Shown piece after piece: positions 39,739 through 50,183 of a stretch of 64,000 bases of DNA (its first letter is position 1; each line of letters starts with the position of its first letter). Under the pieces are notes generated by a model. That model was not told the origin of the DNA, did not search any database, and worked only from the letters and a program-made list of their open reading frames with translations. The position numbers were made by a program, and so were the translations under genes. The stretch lies in the NCBI GenBank assembly GCA_963676565.1, contig OY781089.1, positions 352,001 through 416,000 on the forward strand, given 5' to 3'. The stretch comes from Halarcobacter sp. GTDB taxonomy: Bacteria; Campylobacterota; Campylobacteria; Campylobacterales; Arcobacteraceae.

Positions 39739-40917
39739 CTAAATAGGTTTTCTTACATTCTCTTTCTCACTACTTTTCAAAAAATTCGCAACAATTCTAA
39801 TTAATATCATCACAACTAAAACCTCAATGATAGCAGCTAAGATAAAAGCATAATAATAAAATTGTGTAATAGAATGGGTATGATAAGCTAAAGTTGCAAC
39901 GGCAATTAAAAGTGTAATTGGCATCGAGTGGGAAAATCCAATCATAAAGAACTTATTCCATCCCATCTCTTTAATAAACAACATTGAAGCAACAAATCTA
40001 ATTCCTACCATAGCTACAACGATTAAAATTGCAGTTACAAGCAATCCATCTTGTAATAAAGCATCCAATTCAAAAGAAGCTCCAACAGAGATAAAGAAAA
40101 TAGGAACTAACCACCCAAATCCAAAGTGTTCTAGTTTATGTGAAAGTTTCTTATTGTGTTTTTCAAAAAATGTCGTAATAAATGTACCAGCTATAAATGC
40201 CCCAAAGGCAACTTTTAGATGTAATGCCATCATAACAGCAATCATTAAAAAGAAGATTGCCATAGATACTCTAATATCTTGTTCTTGGTGATCTTGTTCA
40301 GGCATAAGTAAAGCTTTTATTTCAGGGAACCACCAAATTAGATTATGAAATAGTTTGTATATAAATACCATAGAAATTAAAAAAGCGATAAATAAAACCA
40401 TTGTTTTGTAAAACTCAATATTTATACCAAACTCTAAAGCAGCTGATACTGTTGTAAGAGCAAAAATTGAGACAATTTCACCAATAAGACCAACAGTAAT
40501 TGAAAGCTTAATCCAATCAACATCGCCATACTCTTTTTTCAAAGCAGCTAATAAACCAATTGAAATAAGAGGTAACACAACTATAAAAATTAGCCCAAGA
40601 TCTAAATAAATAGCAATTAATGCAGATAGTGAGAATAAAATCACATTATAAAGTATTGATTTTCTTAAAATTGTATTTGATATAGTCATAAGCTTTTTTA
40701 AATCAACTTCAAGACCTGCTAGAAACATCAGATATAAAAAACCTAATTCAGCAACAAGTTCTAAAACAGCATGCTCTGTAATAAAAGCAAAATATGCAGC
40801 TAAAGCCCCTAACATTATCTCAATAGTAATAGTAGGAAGCTTTATAAACTTTGATATTAATGGTGAAGAAAATATTATCAAAGATATAGTGATAATGATT
40901 AATATTTCTTCAGTCAT
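39739..40917 (-). CDS. Cation:proton antiporter (CPA2/NapA-like)
   Basis: About 12 TM segments; AELGFLYLMFLAGLEVD, GAFIAG, PIFFISVG. Confidence 0.88.
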   Translation of the reverse strand: MTEEILIIITISLIIFSSPLISKFIKLPTITIEIMLGALAAYFAFITEHAVLELVAELGFLYLMFLAGLEVDLKKLMTISNTILRKSILYNVILFSLSALIAIYLDLGLIFIVVLPLISIGLLAALKKEYGDVDWIKLSITVGLIGEIVSIFALTTVSAALEFGINIEFYKTMVLFIAFLISMVFIYKLFHNLIWWFPEIKALLMPEQDHQEQDIRVSMAIFFLMIAVMMALHLKVAFGAFIAGTFITTFFEKHNKKLSHKLEHFGFGWLVPIFFISVGASFELDALLQDGLLVTAILIVVAMVGIRFVASMLFIKEMGWNKFFMIGFSHSMPITLLIAVATLAYHTHSITQFYYYAFILAAIIEVLVVMILIRIVANFLKSSEKENVRKPI

Positions 40918-40926
40918 TATTTAGTC

Positions 40927-41775
40927 CTAGTTTATTTCTCTAGTAATAGAAAAACCTAATTTTTCAAGCTCTTTAATATCATCTTGTGGAGATTTACCAG
41001 CAGTTGTTAAGTAATCACCTATAACAAAGGCATTTGCACCTTTTTCAAAGATTTTATACTCTTCATCACCAAACATCAATTCTCTTCCACCCGCAACCAT
41101 AATCTTCATTGCATTTGGAACCATTTTTCTTGTTAATGTAATTAGCTCAAAAGCCTCTTCTCTTGTTATTGAATTTTCAACTATTGGTAAAGCTTTATTT
41201 GGGTGGAAAAAATTAATTGGAACATTCATAGGCTCCAATGATGCAATAGATTCAAGCATTGATACTCTTTGCTCTTGAGTTTCACCTAATCCAAAAATTC
41301 CTCCACAAACAAGTCTTAGACCAACTTGTTTTACATTCTTACAAGTTTGATATCTTTCATCCCAAGTATGTGTTGTAACAATCTCAGGATAAAAATCCCT
41401 TGATGTTTCCAAGTTATGATTATATGCATCAACACCAGCTTCTTTTAAAGTTTCTAGTTGCTCTACACTTGCAGTACCATTACATGCAATTAAAATCAAA
41501 CCTAAATTCTCTTTTTTTACTGCTCTTGCTGCTTCACAAACAAAAGCTAATCTTTTATCTGTTAAACCTTTTCCTGCAGTTACAAGACAAAAACCATTTG
41601 CATTATTTGCTCTAGCCCTTTTTGCCTCTTCAACTATTTGATCAATCTGCTTTTGCTTATATCTTTGGATATCAGCTTTATATTTTACACTTTGGGTACA
41701 AAATTTACAATCTTCATTACATGTACCACTTTCAATATTACAAATCGCACATAAAAATATTTGTTCACTTCTCAT
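40927..41775 (-). CDS. bioB: Biotin synthase
   Basis: CNEDCKFCTQS, YNHNLETS, CGGIFGLGE, VPINF, AGGRE, GDYLTT.G. Confidence 0.93.
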   Translation of the reverse strand: MRSEQIFLCAICNIESGTCNEDCKFCTQSVKYKADIQRYKQKQIDQIVEEAKRARANNANGFCLVTAGKGLTDKRLAFVCEAARAVKKENLGLILIACNGTASVEQLETLKEAGVDAYNHNLETSRDFYPEIVTTHTWDERYQTCKNVKQVGLRLVCGGIFGLGETQEQRVSMLESIASLEPMNVPINFFHPNKALPIVENSITREEAFELITLTRKMVPNAMKIMVAGGRELMFGDEEYKIFEKGANAFVIGDYLTTAGKSPQDDIKELEKLGFSITREIN

Positions 41776-42277
41776 AAATTATCTCTTCTTTTAAAAACTC
41801 TTTTTTATTTATATCCCTTGAGTAATAGTTGATTATATACTCATTATCTTTAATTTCAAGCAACACACATTCGACTAAAGGTTTCTCTCTAGCGCACACT
41901 TCACCGGGATTTAGAAAAAGTGTGTTATTCTTATATTCACTTTCAAAAATGTGTGTATGACCAAAAATCACCACATCACAATCACCTGTCATATAATAAG
42001 GTAAATGCATTAACTTAAAAGTAGTCTCCTTTATCTTGAAAGGATAAGGCTCCTGCTTTATATTATATTTATTGGAAATAGAGATTAACGACATATCATT
42101 ATTTCCAAATACGCTTACATAGGTAAGTCCTGATTCTTCTAATAATTTTAAATTCTCTTCTAAGCACAAATCACCAGCATGGATAAGATACTTAGCACCA
42201 TTCTCTTTTAATAGATCAATCACCTCTTTGGTATATTCTACCTTGAAGTGACTATCCGATAAAACCCCTATTTTCAT
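41765..42277 (-). CDS. YfcE-family metallophosphoesterase
   Basis: SDSH, HAGD, GNND, GHTH, NPG motifs. Confidence 0.9.
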   Translation of the reverse strand: MKIGVLSDSHFKVEYTKEVIDLLKENGAKYLIHAGDLCLEENLKLLEESGLTYVSVFGNNDMSLISISNKYNIKQEPYPFKIKETTFKLMHLPYYMTGDCDVVIFGHTHIFESEYKNNTLFLNPGEVCAREKPLVECVLLEIKDNEYIINYYSRDINKKEFLKEEIIYEK

Positions 42278-42285
42278 TTTTAAAT

Positions 42286-44640
42286 TTATTTATCTGTTTT
42301 TTTAGTCGTTGTTTTTTTTGTTGTAGTTTTTCTTCTACTAGTTGTTTTCTTTGTTGTAGTTTTTTTAGCTGCACTTCCCTTTGATTTTGGGTCTTTAGCA
42401 ATTATCTCTTTTACTTCTTCTAAAGTCAATTTTTGGGCATCAGCACCTTTAGGAATTTTAAAGTTTTTTCTTCCTTGTTTGATATATGGACCATATCTTC
42501 CATCTAAAATTTGGATTTTATCTTCTGGAAAATCTTGAATTAAAGCCTTAGCTTTTGCTTCATCAATCTCTTGGATAACCTCTAAAGCCCTTGGTAATTC
42601 AATAGTATAGGGATCATCAGTTTTAAGTGAATAGTATTTTGTTTTTACTTGTAAATATGGACCAAATCTTCCAATATTTGCTTTTATATCTTCACCATCA
42701 TTAGTTTGCCCAACAACTCTTGGTAAAGTAAATAGAAATAAAGCTTCATCAAGGGTAATTGTATCCATATTTAAATGATCTGGAATAGCAACAAATTTTG
42801 GTTTTTCTTCATCGTCTTTTGTTCCAATTTGAACAAATGGACCAAATCTTCCAACTCTTGCGCTGATTGGTTTTCCTGATTCAGGATCAGTTCCTATCTC
42901 TCTTACTTGAAGATAATCCTCTTTGTTAACACTTTCTTCTTTTTCATTTATTGTTTTTTTGAAATCACCATAAAACTCATTCATAACCTGTTGCCAAGCG
43001 ATTTTTCCATCAGCAATTTCATCAAACTCCTCTTCAACTTTTGCAGTAAATCCTAAATCAACAATATCAGGAAAATGATCAACTAAGAAACTATTTACTA
43101 TCTCTCCAGTTGGCGTTGGAGCAAGTTTTTTATCTTCAGTTCGTTCTACATATTCCCTTGCTTGAATAGTTGAAATAGTTGGAGCATAGGTTGATGGTCT
43201 ACCAATTCCCTCGCTTTCTAACTTTTTAACTAAAGAAGCTTCAGTATATCTTGCTGGTGGTTTTGTAAAGTTTTGTTCTAACTCTAGTTTTTCTAAATCT
43301 AAAATTGTCCCTACTTTAATACTCGGTAAGATTTTTTCACTACTATCAAGGGCTGATTCAGGATTATCACTTCCTTCCGTATAAGCTTTCATAAACCCAG
43401 CAAAAATAATTCTTTGTCCCTTTGTTTGAAACTCTAACTCTTTATCTTTTCCTGCACTAATTTTATATGTAGTATTTGCTATTTTTGCTGGAGCCATTTG
43501 TGTTGCTAAAGTTCTTTTCCAAATTAAATCATATAATCTAAATTGAGCATTATCAACATAAGGTTTTATCTCACTTGGTTTTAAAGCTAAATTTACTGGT
43601 CTAATTGCTTCGTGAGCTTCTTGTGCTCCCTTTGCTTTTGATTTATAAACTCTTGGTTTATTTAAACTATACTCTTTACCATACTCATTTTCAATAACTT
43701 CTTTTGCCTTACTTGTTGCAACTTTTGAAAGATTTAATGAGTCAGTTCTCATATATGTAATTAAACCACCTGTATGTCCTGGGATATTTCCAACATTTCC
43801 TTCATATAATTGTTGAGCAATAACCATTGTTTGTTTTACAGAAAGTCCAATTTTTCTTGATGCTTCTTGTTGTAAAGTTGAAGTTGTAAATGGAGCTGCT
43901 GGATTTCTGTTTGATTCTTTCTCTTCTATATCATAAAGTTCAAAATTACCTTGATTTATTGATGATTCAATCTCTTTAGCTCTTTGTTCATTTGGAATTT
44001 TTTCATTTTTTCCATTGATTTTTGCTAATTCTGCTTTTAACTCTGGATCGATAAAATCAGCTTTTACCTTCCAAAACTCTTCAGGGATAAATGCTCTTAT
44101 CTCGTTTTCTCTATCAACTATAATTCTAACGGCAACAGACTGAACTCTACCTGCACTAAGACCATATCTAACTTTTTTCCAAAGTAATGGTGAAAGTTCA
44201 TAACCAACCGCTCTATCAAGGATTCTTCTTGCCTGTTGTGCATCTACAAGGTGTTGATTTACTTCCCTTGGATTATTAATTGCTTCTAAAATAGCATCTT
44301 TTGTAATTTCGTGAAATACAATTCTTTTAAGTGGGTTTTTCTCAATTTTTAATGCAGGAATCAAGTGCCAAGCAATAGCTTCTCCCTCTCTATCCTCATC
44401 GGCAGCTAGGTAAATAGTAGTATCTTTTGTAATCTCTTTTTTCAAATCACTTATAACTTTTTTCTTGTCAGTTGAGATTAAATATTTTGGTTCAAAGTTA
44501 TTCTCTGGATCAAAGCCTAATTTTGACTTTGGAAGATCTCTTACATGCCCCATTGAGGCCATTACTTTATAATCTTTTCCTAAAAACTTTGATATTGTTT
44601 TTGCTTTTGCTGGTGACTCTACTATTACTAAATTCTTCAC
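42286..44640 (-). CDS. topA: DNA topoisomerase I
   Basis: LVIVESPAKAKTI, DEDREGEAI, SAGRVQS, ITYMRTDS, GIGRPSTY; GRFGP C-terminal repeats and Lys/Thr tail. GTG start. Confidence 0.98.
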   Translation of the reverse strand: MKNLVIVESPAKAKTISKFLGKDYKVMASMGHVRDLPKSKLGFDPENNFEPKYLISTDKKKVISDLKKEITKDTTIYLAADEDREGEAIAWHLIPALKIEKNPLKRIVFHEITKDAILEAINNPREVNQHLVDAQQARRILDRAVGYELSPLLWKKVRYGLSAGRVQSVAVRIIVDRENEIRAFIPEEFWKVKADFIDPELKAELAKINGKNEKIPNEQRAKEIESSINQGNFELYDIEEKESNRNPAAPFTTSTLQQEASRKIGLSVKQTMVIAQQLYEGNVGNIPGHTGGLITYMRTDSLNLSKVATSKAKEVIENEYGKEYSLNKPRVYKSKAKGAQEAHEAIRPVNLALKPSEIKPYVDNAQFRLYDLIWKRTLATQMAPAKIANTTYKISAGKDKELEFQTKGQRIIFAGFMKAYTEGSDNPESALDSSEKILPSIKVGTILDLEKLELEQNFTKPPARYTEASLVKKLESEGIGRPSTYAPTISTIQAREYVERTEDKKLAPTPTGEIVNSFLVDHFPDIVDLGFTAKVEEEFDEIADGKIAWQQVMNEFYGDFKKTINEKEESVNKEDYLQVREIGTDPESGKPISARVGRFGPFVQIGTKDDEEKPKFVAIPDHLNMDTITLDEALFLFTLPRVVGQTNDGEDIKANIGRFGPYLQVKTKYYSLKTDDPYTIELPRALEVIQEIDEAKAKALIQDFPEDKIQILDGRYGPYIKQGRKNFKIPKGADAQKLTLEEVKEIIAKDPKSKGSAAKKTTTKKTTSRRKTTTKKTTTKKTDK

Positions 44641-44706
44641 TAAAAATACCCTTACACTTATTATAAATCACGCATTCTAACATAAAAAAATTAAAAGCAT
44701 TTAATA

Positions 44707-45486
44707 TTAAAAAATTATGATCTCTTCTTGAATTTCTATATTAAACTGCTCTTTTATTCTGTTCTTTGCTTCGTTTATTAAATACATTGCATCCTCAAAA
44801 GTTCCCTCACCCTCATTTACTAAAAAATTCGCATGCACTTCTGAGAAACTCATATCACCTTTTTTTAATCCTTTTAAACCAACTTGTTCTATCAATCTTC
44901 CAGCATAATCACCTTCGGGATTTTTAAAACAACTTCCCGCACTTGGAGTATGGGGTTGATTATCTCTCATCTTCTTAAACATTTCACTTTTTTCTTTTGA
45001 ATAACCAGAAGATAGATTAAACACAAGCTCATAAACTATGGTATTGATATTTGTAAATCTATACCCATATTCGATTTCTTCTTTTTTTATATAACCATCT
45101 TTTGTCTTAATAGAATCTATATAGTTAAATATTTCCCATTCTTTTAAGCCTGCATTCATTTTTATAAGACCACCTAAATTACCAGGAAGTCTACCTAAAA
45201 ACTCAAAATTGGCTAAATTATGTTTTTTTGCATATGATAAAAGTTTACCTGATTTTACTGCACATCCTACATAAAGTTTGTCATCTTTTTGTTCAATATA
45301 CTCAAAAGCTTTCCCAAGTTTTGCAAACTTTGGAGGAGTATTTGATACTAAGATGTTATTGGCTTGTCCAATAATTTGATAATCATCATAATCCCCAACC
45401 TCGTTTATATTCAAAACTTCACAAATAGGGCCTATTTTTATTGAACTATATTTTTTAAAATCAAGCTTTTCAAAAAAGTTTTCCAT
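44707..45486 (-). CDS. murB: UDP-N-acetylmuramate dehydrogenase
   Basis: LPGNLGG..KMNAG, YGYR, PSAGSCFKNP, HANFLVN. Confidence 0.95.
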   Translation of the reverse strand: MENFFEKLDFKKYSSIKIGPICEVLNINEVGDYDDYQIIGQANNILVSNTPPKFAKLGKAFEYIEQKDDKLYVGCAVKSGKLLSYAKKHNLANFEFLGRLPGNLGGLIKMNAGLKEWEIFNYIDSIKTKDGYIKKEEIEYGYRFTNINTIVYELVFNLSSGYSKEKSEMFKKMRDNQPHTPSAGSCFKNPEGDYAGRLIEQVGLKGLKKGDMSFSEVHANFLVNEGEGTFEDAMYLINEAKNRIKEQFNIEIQEEIIIF

Positions 45487-45489
45487 TTA

Positions 45490-46353
45490 CTACTTTTCTC
45501 TAAACTCTTTATATTCACTTGGAATTAAAAAATCTTTTGCTTTTATTAGATTTTCATAATATCCATGTTTATACCCAAGCTCAAAAAGTTTATCTAATGC
45601 CTTAAATTGAATCTCACTTAACTCTACAGAGTTATCATTTGCATAAAGATCTAAATATGTATCTAAAGTATCAGCATCCACTCTAATTAAACCTTTTTCA
45701 AGTAGCATTGGAGCTAAAACTTTTCTATTTTTATTTGCAACATCAACAGCTTTGATAAGTGTATTTTCATAATCAATTGCACTATGAAGAGGGATTGATC
45801 TTCTTAAACACATACCACCTAATGGCAATGGTAAATCTCCTCCACTAAGTTCAACCCAAATATCCCACATCTCTCGTTCTACTTCAAGTTCTTCATTAAA
45901 AGTTAAAATTGACTCATGAATTAATACACCTGCATCAACTTCCCCATCTAAGACTGCTTGTTCTATATCTAAAAAGTTCATATATATGATTCTAGCTTCT
46001 GGGTAAGCTATTTTAAATAAAAGTGCATTTGTTGTAAACTCACCACTAAGTGCAACTTTAAAATTTCTTTTTAGTTTCTTATCTTTTTTCTTAATAAGCT
46101 TAGGTCCATAACCTTCTCCAAATGAAACTGCTGTTTTAAGTAATGCGTAATCATCCTTTACTAAAGGATATAAAGCAAAGGAAATAGCACAAATATCATA
46201 CTCTCCTTTTAAAGTTGCTTGGTTTAATGTTTCAATATCATCTGCAATATTTTCAAATTTTGCATCTTTAGAAGTAACCCAACCAAACTTAATAGCATAA
46301 TACATAAATATATCATCAGCATCAGGAGAATGTGCAACACTTATAGTTTTCAA
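45490..46353 (-). CDS. mqnD: Menaquinone (futalosine pathway) biosynthesis protein MqnD family
   Basis: VAHSPDADDIFM, SFGEGYGP, GVLIHE, LPLPLGG. Probable TTG start at 46353 after AAAGG; the track extends to 46401. Confidence 0.88.
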   Translation of the reverse strand: MKTISVAHSPDADDIFMYYAIKFGWVTSKDAKFENIADDIETLNQATLKGEYDICAISFALYPLVKDDYALLKTAVSFGEGYGPKLIKKKDKKLKRNFKVALSGEFTTNALLFKIAYPEARIIYMNFLDIEQAVLDGEVDAGVLIHESILTFNEELEVEREMWDIWVELSGGDLPLPLGGMCLRRSIPLHSAIDYENTLIKAVDVANKNRKVLAPMLLEKGLIRVDADTLDTYLDLYANDNSVELSEIQFKALDKLFELGYKHGYYENLIKAKDFLIPSEYKEFREK

Positions 46354-46507
46354 AATAGACCTTTTATCATAAATTTGTATGGGATTGTAGCAAGTTATCA
46401 ATTACTTTTTGTTTAGCTTAATTTGTACACTTAATATTCAATTATGTCACGTTAAGTTCATAAAGAAGTGTTAAAATTTTATAAGTACTCAATAAAAGGG
46501 GGAACTC

Positions 46508-47110
46508 ATGAGAGTTAAGATTATTGATTGTACGGAAAAACCACATAAGGATGTTGAAAAAATTGTAAATTTTGTAAGTGAGTATTTACAAAGAAATAAT
46601 ATCGAATATACAAAATTGACTTTAAAAGAGCTACAATTTGCTCAATGTACTGAATGTAGATGCTGTACACAGAAAAAAAGTGATGCACCAGTTAAGTGTG
46701 TTTTAAAAGATGAACTAAATGATGAACTAGATAATATTGAAGCCGCTAATAGATATATAATTATAGCGGATAGAAATAATCTATTCTCAAAAAATAAAGT
46801 TCATGAAAAATTTTCCCAAAGACTTGTTGCATATTACTACTGGCCTTATGGACAAGTTCAATCTACCTTACGAAGAGTAGCTCAAGCAAAAAGCTCTATT
46901 TTGATAAATTATAATACTACAAAATATTTTATGAATCATAGTTTTTATACCTCTAAACACTATATGGAACATACTTCTTCTTCAATAGGTGCAAAAGTTA
47001 TTGACTGGCAAGCAGTAACTCCAAAAAAAGATATTATAAAAAGCTATGAAAAAAGATTAATTGAGATGATAGATAAACTTTTACACTCTTTTGAACAAAA
47101 GGCTTCTTGA
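46508..47110 (+). CDS. Flavodoxin-fold/iron-sulfur flavoprotein-like protein (degenerate)
   Basis: CTECRCC...KCVLKDE resembles the Isf/FMN-reductase Cys motif; strong AAGGGGG ribosome-binding site. Confidence 0.6.
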   Translation: MRVKIIDCTEKPHKDVEKIVNFVSEYLQRNNIEYTKLTLKELQFAQCTECRCCTQKKSDAPVKCVLKDELNDELDNIEAANRYIIIADRNNLFSKNKVHEKFSQRLVAYYYWPYGQVQSTLRRVAQAKSSILINYNTTKYFMNHSFYTSKHYMEHTSSSIGAKVIDWQAVTPKKDIIKSYEKRLIEMIDKLLHSFEQKAS

Positions 47111-47143
47111 TATATAAATGTTTATTTATTTCCAAGTTTGGAC

Positions 47144-47162
47144 ATTAGGAAAAAATCCTAAT
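47144..47162. terminator. Hairpin between the convergent flavoprotein-like gene and nuoN
   Basis: ATTAGGA-AAAAA-TCCTAAT, preceded by a second small inverted repeat TCCAA-GT-TTGGA. Confidence 0.4.
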
Positions 47163-48645
47163 ATCCAGAAGTTTGTACATAATATGAGATTATGTCTAAT
47201 AAAGGGTCAACCATAAAAATTGAAAGAATTGTAATTATTGCACAAAAACCAATTACAGTTTTAATAGATGTAGTTGCATTTGCCATATATTTTACTTGGT
47301 TTCCTTCAATTGGATCTTTTAAGAACATATAAACAATTGGTTTTAAATAATAGAATCCTGCAATTGCTGAATTTATTACCATAATAAGTGCCAATAACAT
47401 ATAACCTGCATTTACACTTGCTCCAATTAAATACATTTTTCCCCAGAAAAGTGCAAATGGTGGAATACCCGCAAGAGATAGTAAAAATAGTCCCATCATT
47501 GTTGCAGTAAATGGTGAGCTTTTTATAAGTCCTGAGTATTTTTCCAAAGCGTGGTCCGAAGAGAATTGATAATCTTTACTTCTGTTTAACCAAAGCATCG
47601 TAAATCCACCAAGATTTGTAACTAAAAACATAATCCAGTATAAGAATAGTGCATTTGTTGCTTGTGTAGTTCCTATTAAAATTGCTGCCATTGCAAACCC
47701 TGCATTTGAGATTGAAGAGTATGCAAGCATTCTATTTATATCATTTTGAAGTAAAGCAATTATATTTGGAATAGTCATTGATAATACAACAATTACATAA
47801 AGAATAATCTCTATAAATCTATCTCCGCTTGCTATAAATATTTCAAAAAATCTTAATGCCACAACAAATCCTGCCATTTTAGGAACAATAGACATAAATC
47901 CTGCTAAGGCTGCAGTTGCTCCTTCATATACATCAGGAACCCAAACATGGAATGGAACCAGTGATATTTTAAAAGCTAAGGCACCTAACATAAATACAAC
48001 ACCAATTAAGATAATTGGATAATTTTCAAAATTTGATTCAACTAAGATTTGAGACATTTGTCCTAATTCAACAGTTCCTGTTAAACCATAGAAAATCATA
48101 GAACCAAAGGCAAAAAATGCAGTTGCTAAAGCACCCATTGTAAAGTACTTAATAGCTGCTTCTAAAGCATTTTTTCTATTATGCATTGCAATAATTGTAT
48201 ATAAAGACATTGAAGCTGTTTCAAGACCAACAAAGATTAAGATTAAAGAATCTGAACTAACCATAAACTGGAACCCTGCAACCATAAATAAATATAAAGC
48301 AAAGTACTCTGGATATCTATACTCTTGGAATCTTAATTTACCCATTGCTGTAAAAACAAAAAGAAGTGAAGCGATTACAATTACTCCTTGAGAAAGTATT
48401 GAGATACCATCCACAAGCATTAAATCAAAAAAGCCCCTTACATTTCCAGAAAAACCAATTAATACCCCAAAGTCAACAATTAAAAATAAAACTGTTAACA
48501 TAACATATAAAGATTTATCTAAATTCTTATTTACTAAGTCAATGACCAAAATTACAAGCGCCCCAACTATTGCAACAAGCATAGGAACTATTGTTCCAAA
48601 ATTTAAACTAGCAAATTCAATTGATACAGGTGGTATATTTATCAT
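47158..48645 (-). CDS. nuoN: NADH-quinone oxidoreductase subunit N
   Basis: EAAIKYF, FKISLVPFHVWVPDVYEGA, RMLAYSSI, LAGIPP; last gene of the nuo operon. Confidence 0.95.
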   Translation of the reverse strand: MINIPPVSIEFASLNFGTIVPMLVAIVGALVILVIDLVNKNLDKSLYVMLTVLFLIVDFGVLIGFSGNVRGFFDLMLVDGISILSQGVIVIASLLFVFTAMGKLRFQEYRYPEYFALYLFMVAGFQFMVSSDSLILIFVGLETASMSLYTIIAMHNRKNALEAAIKYFTMGALATAFFAFGSMIFYGLTGTVELGQMSQILVESNFENYPIILIGVVFMLGALAFKISLVPFHVWVPDVYEGATAALAGFMSIVPKMAGFVVALRFFEIFIASGDRFIEIILYVIVVLSMTIPNIIALLQNDINRMLAYSSISNAGFAMAAILIGTTQATNALFLYWIMFLVTNLGGFTMLWLNRSKDYQFSSDHALEKYSGLIKSSPFTATMMGLFLLSLAGIPPFALFWGKMYLIGASVNAGYMLLALIMVINSAIAGFYYLKPIVYMFLKDPIEGNQVKYMANATTSIKTVIGFCAIITILSIFMVDPLLDIISYYVQTSGY

Positions 48646-50171
48646 TTTGCACCTCCTTGAATACTATTAGACTCCATAAGTCTAGTCTTTGTAGTAGGGT
48701 TTACTGCTTTTAATTGCATAACTTCCACTAAGGCAGATACAGATGTATCTACAGGTTTTAAAATAGGTTTTGGATAAACACCTAAGATTACAACCAATGC
48801 TACAAGGGGAATTAATGCCGCTAACTCACGACCTTTTACATCTTCAAGATTTTTATTCTCTTCATGAATAACAGGTCCAAAGAATGATTTTTTATACATC
48901 ACCAACATATAAACAGCACCTAAAATAATTGTAAGTCCAGCAATAATTGTTAATATAGGAGATACTTTGAAAAATCCAAGTAAAGATAAAAACTCACCTA
49001 CAAAACCAATAGTTAAAGGAAGACCAACTGAAGCCATCAACATAATTCCAAAAATAGTTGCATATTTTGGCATTACAGAAGCTAATCCTCCAAAATCTTT
49101 TATCATCTTAGTATGTCGTCTATCATATATAACTCCAACTAACATAAACAGAGCTCCTGATACAATACCGTGAGAAATCATTAAGAAAATTGATCCACCA
49201 ATACCTTCAACATTTAGTGCAAAAATACCTAAAATAATAACACCCATGTGTGAAACAGATGAGTAAGCAATTACTTGTTTCATATCCTCTTGGGCGTAAG
49301 CAACCATTGCAGTGTAAACAATTGCAATAAGAGCAAGTGCTGCCATTGGATAAGTAAAATAAACAGAGGCATCAGGGAAAAGTGGTAATGAAAATCTTAC
49401 AAAACCATATGTACCCATTTTAAGTAAAACAGCAGCTAAGATTACAGAACCTATTGTTGGTGCTTGACCATGGGCATATGGAAGCCATGTATGAAATGGG
49501 AACATTGGAACTTTGATTGCAAAACCACAGAAAAAGGCAATAAATAACCAAGTTTGCATATCAAAAGGTAAAATAAGCATATTCCAATCTAAGATACTAA
49601 AGCTCCAGTTTCCTGTTGTTTGAAAATAAACATATCCAAGATATAGCATACCAACCAACATAACTAAAGAACCAATGAAGGTATATAAGAAGAACTTAAT
49701 AGCTGCATAGATTCTAAGTTGTCCACCCCATGCACCAACAATATAAAGCATTGGTACTAAAGATAATTCCCAGAACATATAGAAAATGATTGCATCTAAA
49801 GCTAAAAATACTCCAACCATTGTCATTTCTAAAAATAAAACAGTGATAATCATATGTTTTAAATTTCTTTTCTCAGTAAGTCCAATCACTGCAATCATAG
49901 TCATGAAAGTAGTCATAATCACTAAAAATAGTGAAATTCCATCGATACCCACTAAGTAATTAATACCGTATGAACTTATTATTGGTAAGGTTTCACTAAA
50001 CTGCATTCCAGCTACATTTGTATCAAAATTTGCCCAAAGAAAAATACTTAAAACAAATTCTAATGCAGTAACAACAATACCATACATTCTAATAGAGTCA
50101 TTTTTTACTAAAAACCCTACAAATGCTGCAAATGCTGGAAAAAATATTAAAATTGATAAAATGTGTTCCAT
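48642..50171 (-). CDS. nuoM: NADH-quinone oxidoreductase subunit M
   Basis: GIDGISL, FWELSLVP, KVPMFPFHTWLP.AH..AP, LLKMGTYG. Confidence 0.96.
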   Translation of the reverse strand: MEHILSILIFFPAFAAFVGFLVKNDSIRMYGIVVTALEFVLSIFLWANFDTNVAGMQFSETLPIISSYGINYLVGIDGISLFLVIMTTFMTMIAVIGLTEKRNLKHMIITVLFLEMTMVGVFLALDAIIFYMFWELSLVPMLYIVGAWGGQLRIYAAIKFFLYTFIGSLVMLVGMLYLGYVYFQTTGNWSFSILDWNMLILPFDMQTWLFIAFFCGFAIKVPMFPFHTWLPYAHGQAPTIGSVILAAVLLKMGTYGFVRFSLPLFPDASVYFTYPMAALALIAIVYTAMVAYAQEDMKQVIAYSSVSHMGVIILGIFALNVEGIGGSIFLMISHGIVSGALFMLVGVIYDRRHTKMIKDFGGLASVMPKYATIFGIMLMASVGLPLTIGFVGEFLSLLGFFKVSPILTIIAGLTIILGAVYMLVMYKKSFFGPVIHEENKNLEDVKGRELAALIPLVALVVILGVYPKPILKPVDTSVSALVEVMQLKAVNPTTKTRLMESNSIQGGAK

Positions 50172-50183
50172 CTACTTAACCCC

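Noticed and set aside
46354..46507. FNR-like site or other palindromic operator in the mqnD/flavoprotein divergent region
   Set aside because: Only an ATCAA half-site and an imperfect TTATG...CATAA repeat are present, too weak in this base composition.
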